A DNA stretch of 64,000 bases. Source: Fidelibacterota bacterium (GTDB lineage Bacteria; Fidelibacterota; JAANXI01). This document shows, one piece after another, positions 58,946 through 64,000 of the stretch; position 1 is the stretch's first letter, and every line of letters starts with the position of its first letter. Under the pieces are notes generated by a model. The model was not told the DNA's origin. It searched no databases and saw only the letters and a program-made list of their open reading frames with translations. The translations under genes and the position numbers were made by a program. Location of the stretch: the NCBI GenBank assembly GCA_021734025.1, contig JAIPJS010000005.1, positions 2,112 to 66,111 of the forward strand, read 5' to 3'.

Positions 58946-59761
58946 TTAATAGAACTTGTGAAACGAGGTTAAAAAGTAGTTTACCACCGTCATCGAAATC
59001 ACCACTGTGGTAAATCCCGTCAGTGAAACATAGGCGATGCGCTTCCCGCTCCAGCCCAGCCACCTCTTGCTGGCGATCACGAACCCGAAAATGGCCCAGG
59101 TAATCAATGCGAGCATAATTTTCCAGTCAAACACGATCAATTGCTCAAACGCAATTTTCGTCCAGACAGCCCCCAGGAAGATGGTGATGGTCAGGAATGT
59201 AAACCCCGCCGTCGCCGCCTTGGTGTTCATCGCATCCAACACTTCCAGGGAGGGGAGTTGATTATAAAACACACTAAACCGGCTACCCTTAATATCATAG
59301 AAAAGCAAAAGGTAGAGCAGTGCGTAGAGCGCAGAAATCGCGATACTGGAATATCCGAGAATGGCCGAACCGGTGTGAACACTGAACAGCGGTGACTGTA
59401 GGATAGGATTAATATCCGGGATAAATTCGATTGTTGCCGAAGATGCTACCTGAAAAATTGCCACGAGACCTATTACGAAAACCCCGGTCGTTTTGACGGA
59501 CAAGATTGATTCAATCCAGAGATAAATGAGTGCCATAGCGAAGGCGATGACGGTCATCACTTCTGCCGGGGACGCCGTCGGAAAATGCTGATATGCGACC
59601 GTCCGCAGGGTGAGGTCCGCTGCATGGATCAAAAGCGTAACAATCAGGAGAGGCGTCAGATACCGTTCAACATCAACCTCATCAGCAAAAAAGTGGATGG
59701 CATACAGGATGGCGGTCGCCAAATAAAAAACGGGAAGCAGAATATTGAGCAGGTTTATCAT
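58946..59761 (-). CDS. Cytochrome c assembly (CcsA/HemX-like) membrane protein
   Basis: Multiple TM segments; LPSLEVLD, GAVW and DWK; located directly upstream of hemA. Confidence 0.88.
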   Translation of the reverse strand: MINLLNILLPVFYLATAILYAIHFFADEVDVERYLTPLLIVTLLIHAADLTLRTVAYQHFPTASPAEVMTVIAFAMALIYLWIESILSVKTTGVFVIGLVAIFQVASSATIEFIPDINPILQSPLFSVHTGSAILGYSSIAISALYALLYLLLFYDIKGSRFSVFYNQLPSLEVLDAMNTKAATAGFTFLTITIFLGAVWTKIAFEQLIVFDWKIMLALITWAIFGFVIASKRWLGWSGKRIAYVSLTGFTTVVISMTVVNYFLTSFHKFY

Positions 59762-60246
59762 TTTCGGTTCTCGCGGTTAGTATTCAGTCGTTAATATATT
59801 TACAATCTTCATGCCACCAGCGATGAAAAACACAACACCCTCCTGAAAGCGTTGTAATATAAGCGCTGATGAATTATGAGCAAAACCCTCTTATTCATTT
59901 ATAATAAAATTCGGGAATGCGTTGTTTCAAAATGAAACTCCGTTTTTCAGAATGGAAGAACCGAAAAGGAATATGGGTATATGGTATAGGGGAAAACAGG
60001 GGGAGATTGAAGGTTGGAGATGGGAGACTGGATATTGGAAACTCGAAATTAGAAACTAGTCACTTGGAGTGTGACACTTAATATTATATTCTTTACAAAA
60101 CGCAGAATATTCGGTTCATGACTTTTTATAACTTGAACACTTGAATACTTGAACACGATATCGCTGTTGTTTCGAACCCCGTTTTTTCATAGACTTTTGT
60201 TTCGTTTTGCAGGGATCTGAAAATATCAAACGGACGGGAGATGAAT

Positions 60247-61308
60247 ATGACCACGGAATCGGCGGACGACGGACGGCTGCATATTCCCAAAGATTACACA
60301 TCTGCGCTAGATTTGCGGGCCACGGAAGAGGCCATCAAATTTATTAAAGATACGTTTCAGGAAAATATTGCTGAGGGACTGAGTCTCTCACGGATTTCCG
60401 CTCCGATTATGGTGCTGCAGGACACCGGAATCAATGATCATCTGAGCGGTACGGAAACACCGGTGACATTTGACGTTCCTGACATTCACCAGTCGGCAGA
60501 AATTGTACAATCATTGGCCAAGTGGAAGCGGCTGGCGCTGGCGGATTACGGATTTGAGCCGGGCGAGGGCCTCTATACGGATATGAACGCCATTCGTCCC
60601 GACGAGACACTGGATAACCTGCACTCCATCTACGTGGATCAGTGGGATTGGGAACTGGTGATGCACGAAAATGAGCGAACTGTGGAATTCCTGCAGGAGA
60701 TCGTGCGGGAAATTTACGCTGAAATCGTCCGTACTGAGCGGAGAAATCACGAGGCGTATCCGGCTCTCAAAGAACCGTTTCTCCCGGACGAGATCACCTT
60801 TATTCACACCGAGGAACTCGCTCAGCGCTTTCCGAATATGTCACCGAAAGAACGGGAAATTGCCATATGTAAAAAGCATGGCGCGGTATTTCTCCGCGGA
60901 ATCGGCGCCGATCTGGAACACAGCGGCCAGGCCCATGACAACCGGGCGGCGGATTACGACGACTGGACATCTGTTGGTGAGGACGGTCATCCCGGGCTGA
61001 ACGGCGATATTCTGGTCTGGTATCCGGTGCTGAACCGGGCGTTTGAGATCTCTTCCATGGGTATTCGCGTCAATCCGGAATCACTGCGAACTCAACTGGA
61101 GTTAAAAGGCGAACTGGAGAAGCAGAATTTTTATTTCCACAAGCGGTTATTAAATGGCGAATTGCCGCAGACCATCGGCGGTGGCATTGGGCAGTCCCGG
61201 CTCTGTATGCTGATGCTGCGGAAGGCGCACGTGGGGGAAGTTCACGCCAGCATCTGGCCGGAGGAGATGCGAGTCACCTGTGAGAAGCACGGGATGCAAC
61301 TGCTGTGA
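60247..61308 (+). CDS. asnA: Aspartate--ammonia ligase
   Basis: QSLAKWKR, HSIYVDQWDWE, EISSMGIRV and TIGGGIGQSR. RBS spacing favours ATG 60247 over 60241. Confidence 0.97.
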   Translation: MTTESADDGRLHIPKDYTSALDLRATEEAIKFIKDTFQENIAEGLSLSRISAPIMVLQDTGINDHLSGTETPVTFDVPDIHQSAEIVQSLAKWKRLALADYGFEPGEGLYTDMNAIRPDETLDNLHSIYVDQWDWELVMHENERTVEFLQEIVREIYAEIVRTERRNHEAYPALKEPFLPDEITFIHTEELAQRFPNMSPKEREIAICKKHGAVFLRGIGADLEHSGQAHDNRAADYDDWTSVGEDGHPGLNGDILVWYPVLNRAFEISSMGIRVNPESLRTQLELKGELEKQNFYFHKRLLNGELPQTIGGGIGQSRLCMLMLRKAHVGEVHASIWPEEMRVTCEKHGMQLL

Positions 61309-61598
61309 AAACCGGTATAAGGTAGAGGGGAAAAGCGTGTTTGTGCGTTAACTGTTATTGTAATCAAAACCTTCCTTTTGTATCAGAATCGGAAAGCAGG
61401 TCAACCGACGATATAAATTAGCCCCCCAATTTATTGTGGGGATGGGGATATTTGAAGTATGGAAAGTCCCTGCAGCGGCGATCGTAATTGGTGGAATTTA
61501 TCCCAACGGATCCCCGGGCTAAAGCCCGGGGCTATTCATCCGTTCCTTAGGTGCGGATAACCTGAACACCCGAACACCTGAACACTCTAACACTTTCT

Positions 61599-62471
61599 TT
61601 ACGCCGTCACCTTCGGAATCCGCTCGATTAAGTCGTCGAGTTCCTCTTTGGCCTCTATACCGATGGTGAAACAATCCACAAAATCGTGAGTCAGCGAGTA
61701 GCGCAAAGATTCGTCAATTCTATGAACGAGCCGACCGTCGCCGAGGAGCTTCATGCCGATGACACCCTTGCCGTTCCGCTTCATTTCTTCCAATACGGAG
61801 GCGACGGTTTCGGTATCCGCATCCATGCGGATGCCGAACGGGTTGATCCGCGCCAGATCCACCTCTACCCAGTCGGAACGCGCCGCCGTCTTCAGCGCCC
61901 GGAGCGTGTGACACGACACGCCGTGGGTACTGACGATCCCGTCCTGCTTGGCTTTTGCAATGACTTCCATGGCACCTTGCTTCTGCTGATCCCAATCCTC
62001 GTCGCGCATCATATGCAGCAGGAGAATGTCAATGTAATCGGTGCCGAGCTCCTTGCGAAACCGATCCAGGTCGGCTTTCATTTCTCTGGCTGAAGAAGCG
62101 TGGGTCTTGGTCAAAATCTGCACCTCTTCTCTGGGAACGTAATCCAGCGCCTCGTTGAGGTGCGGATGCGAACCGTACGCGTCCGCCGAATCCCAGAAGG
62201 TAATCCCGTTCTCGTAGCCGTGGCGCAGCAGGTCAGCCAGTCCGCTGATGCCGAGATCTCTGGTCTGCTCCGAACTCCCGCCAAATCCGGAGGTGCCGGT
62301 CCCGATAGCCAGCCGGCTCACTTCCACATCGCTGGGACCGAGTATAATCCGGTCATCGGCGTAGAGCGTTTTCTGCTCCGCCAAGATATCAGTTCCGGCA
62401 GCACCAAGTGCCAAGGTGCCGACGCCGCCCAGCGTTTTTCGAAGAAATTCCCGTCTATTTAGTTTGGTCAT
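61599..62471 (-). CDS. Aldo/keto reductase family protein with twin-arginine signal
   Basis: NRREFL; WDSADAYGS, ILTK, LGTDYIDILLLH and GMK. Confidence 0.92.
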   Translation of the reverse strand: MTKLNRREFLRKTLGGVGTLALGAAGTDILAEQKTLYADDRIILGPSDVEVSRLAIGTGTSGFGGSSEQTRDLGISGLADLLRHGYENGITFWDSADAYGSHPHLNEALDYVPREEVQILTKTHASSAREMKADLDRFRKELGTDYIDILLLHMMRDEDWDQQKQGAMEVIAKAKQDGIVSTHGVSCHTLRALKTAARSDWVEVDLARINPFGIRMDADTETVASVLEEMKRNGKGVIGMKLLGDGRLVHRIDESLRYSLTHDFVDCFTIGIEAKEELDDLIERIPKVTA

Positions 62472-62810
62472 TGTTTTTCACCGTTCGTTTATTGATGCGT
62501 CCGAAAGAAGATAGAGGATCCCAACGAAAAAGAAAAATTCCGCAGTCGCCGATTCTTCCTTTGCCCATCAAAAACTCCGGTCTTCCATCATCGCTATCAT
62601 TCCACTGGGCAACGCCTTGTTCGTCAGCTGACCTCGCCGAAGGTTATCCTTCGTTCATACACCTTTTCTCTTGATCTGAAAAAAAACAAATTTTTAAAAG
62701 CGATACAGTCACTACTGTCCGGTTATTGAAAATTTTGAGGTATAATCGAACGCTATATTATAGATATAAAAAAATGAAACTGTCGAATATTTTTCTTGCA
62801 AATCCATATA

Positions 62811-62833
62811 GGGGGGGGGGGGGGGGGGGGGGG
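62811..62833 (+). repeat. G23 homopolymer
   Basis: 23 consecutive G in an AT-rich intergenic region. Confidence 0.9.
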
Positions 62834-63246
62834 TATCTTGCAATTGGTACAGTATAAATCTCGTTTTATAGTTTATGTGTTCTTTTTTTTAGGGGATCTG
62901 GTCGGAGAAGGTTTTTACAAAAATTAGCCCAGGGACCTCGATTGATGACTCCAAAATTTCACTAGCCATTCCGGGATTTCGCCCTTGAAAGACTTTACCT
63001 CTTGAAAGGGAGACATAATTCTTTTTAATCACTTAGAACAGAAGGCGCCGAATAATGCAAAACAGGACTAAAAAATTTTCCTTTTCCTAGATAAGGAGCC
63101 TTAGTTTTTATGTATATAAAACCTTACCTGTCATAGGAATGATCGGGTATTGTAACCAGAGGGATCTCTAGGAAAAGTTCCTGTACCTCTCAGCGCAGGG
63201 AGTTTATAGATACATCGATTCAAGTCATTCTTCATGAGGTGTAAAA

Positions 63247-64000
63247 ATGTGTATTCCTCATTCTGTTACCGATGGCTTTTCATCCCTTATTGTCTTTCTC
63301 GCTTTTTTTATGGCAGGGTGTAATAATAATCCCGTCACCCCCAAAGACCTGGAACCCGGCCGCCGGGACTACATCTGGACCGTAGACACCCTAAATATGC
63401 CGATGAATTATATTGCATCAGTCTGGGGCGCCTCCCCCAATGATGTCTGGGCGGTGGGCGCCGGCGGCACCTATAAGGATCGATTGCTGCACTATGACGG
63501 GGAAGATTGGTCAACTTACACCAACGAACCCATCTGGTGCACCGGAAATGTCATCTTTGGTTTTAGTGAGGATGACATCTGGATGGGAGGAGGCGCGGGC
63601 TGGTTGGAGCACGGGGCGGGCATCTGGCATTATGATGGCGCCAAATGGTCGCAATATTATGTATACAATATCAAAAACTCCCCTATTATGTATGTACAAG
63701 ATATTTGGGGGGCAGCACCCGATAATATTTATGCTTCTGGTTTGTTCGTTTTTAACGAAGATTCGACCGAAAATGCCTATGGATTTTTATTACACTTTAA
63801 TGGAAAAAACTGGGAGGAGATTGCAAAGGCAGATTTTGAATCCCAATTTTTAACAGTCAGGGAAGAAAACGGTACCGTATATCTCTTTTCGAGTTCTTCG
63901 AGGGTTGATGGTAACTATCATTTCTATAAATTGGAAGAGAAAAAACTGGTACGGCTCTATTCAAACTCAGATGCTCGCGGTTTGTATAGTATAGATGGGA
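63247..64000 (+). CDS. Lipoprotein with WG-x-S-x-x-D-x-W beta-repeat units, partial (not in the ORF track)
   Basis: RBS GAGGTG; MCIPH...FFMAGC lipobox; PGRRDYIWTVDT, VWGASPNDVWAVG and WHYDG repeats; appears open to the window end. Confidence 0.8.
   Translation, partial: MCIPHSVTDGFSSLIVFLAFFMAGCNNNPVTPKDLEPGRRDYIWTVDTLNMPMNYIASVWGASPNDVWAVGAGGTYKDRLLHYDGEDWSTYTNEPIWCTGNVIFGFSEDDIWMGGGAGWLEHGAGIWHYDGAKWSQYYVYNIKNSPIMYVQDIWGAAPDNIYASGLFVFNEDSTENAYGFLLHFNGKNWEEIAKADFESQFLTVREENGTVYLFSSSSRVDGNYHFYKLEEKKLVRLYSNSDARGLYSIDG

Noticed and set aside
2174..59063. Extended N-termini in the ORF track (starts 3616, 5550, 6490, 20252, 59063)
   Set aside because: Downstream ATGs give proper signal peptides or family N-termini and remove large overlaps or implausible leaders.
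63413..63853. 146-aa plus-strand ORF
   Set aside because: It is an out-of-frame overlap with the lipoprotein gene starting at 63247.

Overview
A bacterial window of moderate GC with many acidic proteins. The gene families suggest the FCB group, possibly Marinisomatota- or Calditrichota-like; this is an inference. Layout: (i) 1-6.4 kb, a minus-strand operon with a PomA/PomB-type (MotA/MotB) stator, a signal-peptide-bearing protein containing only the C-terminal ring region of FliF (missed by the ORF track, cut by the window edge), three envelope TPR/coiled-coil proteins and an FxLYD lipoprotein. No other flagellar genes are in view. Nearby are an eRF1-like gene and an HU-TM-TPR fusion. (ii) 9.6-23.7 kb, housekeeping and accessory genes: UPF0182, a GAF protein, an alpha/beta hydrolase, vapC with a frameshifted vapB, a TetR-controlled ABC exporter, an S41 peptidase and an O-methyltransferase. 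(iii) 23.7-36.3 kb, an accessory/defence hotspot. A SWIM gene and a PIN + XRE-metallopeptidase + 57-aa basic protein module are separated by copies of a structured repeat, followed by an AT-rich vsr-dcm'-dcm-GHKL/histidine kinase-receiver-HNH island. (iv) 36.4-46.5 kb, rsgA, membrane proteins, pcm and more repeat copies carrying nested 24-nt micro-insertions. (v) 46.5-59.8 kb, a full heme cluster interrupted by a TA pair and a repeat-flanked four-helix-bundle gene. (vi) asnA, a Tat-signal aldo/keto reductase, a G23 tract and a partial lipoprotein. I recognised no rRNA, tRNA, CRISPR array, integrase or intact transposase. All family calls come from motif recognition by eye, not database searches.
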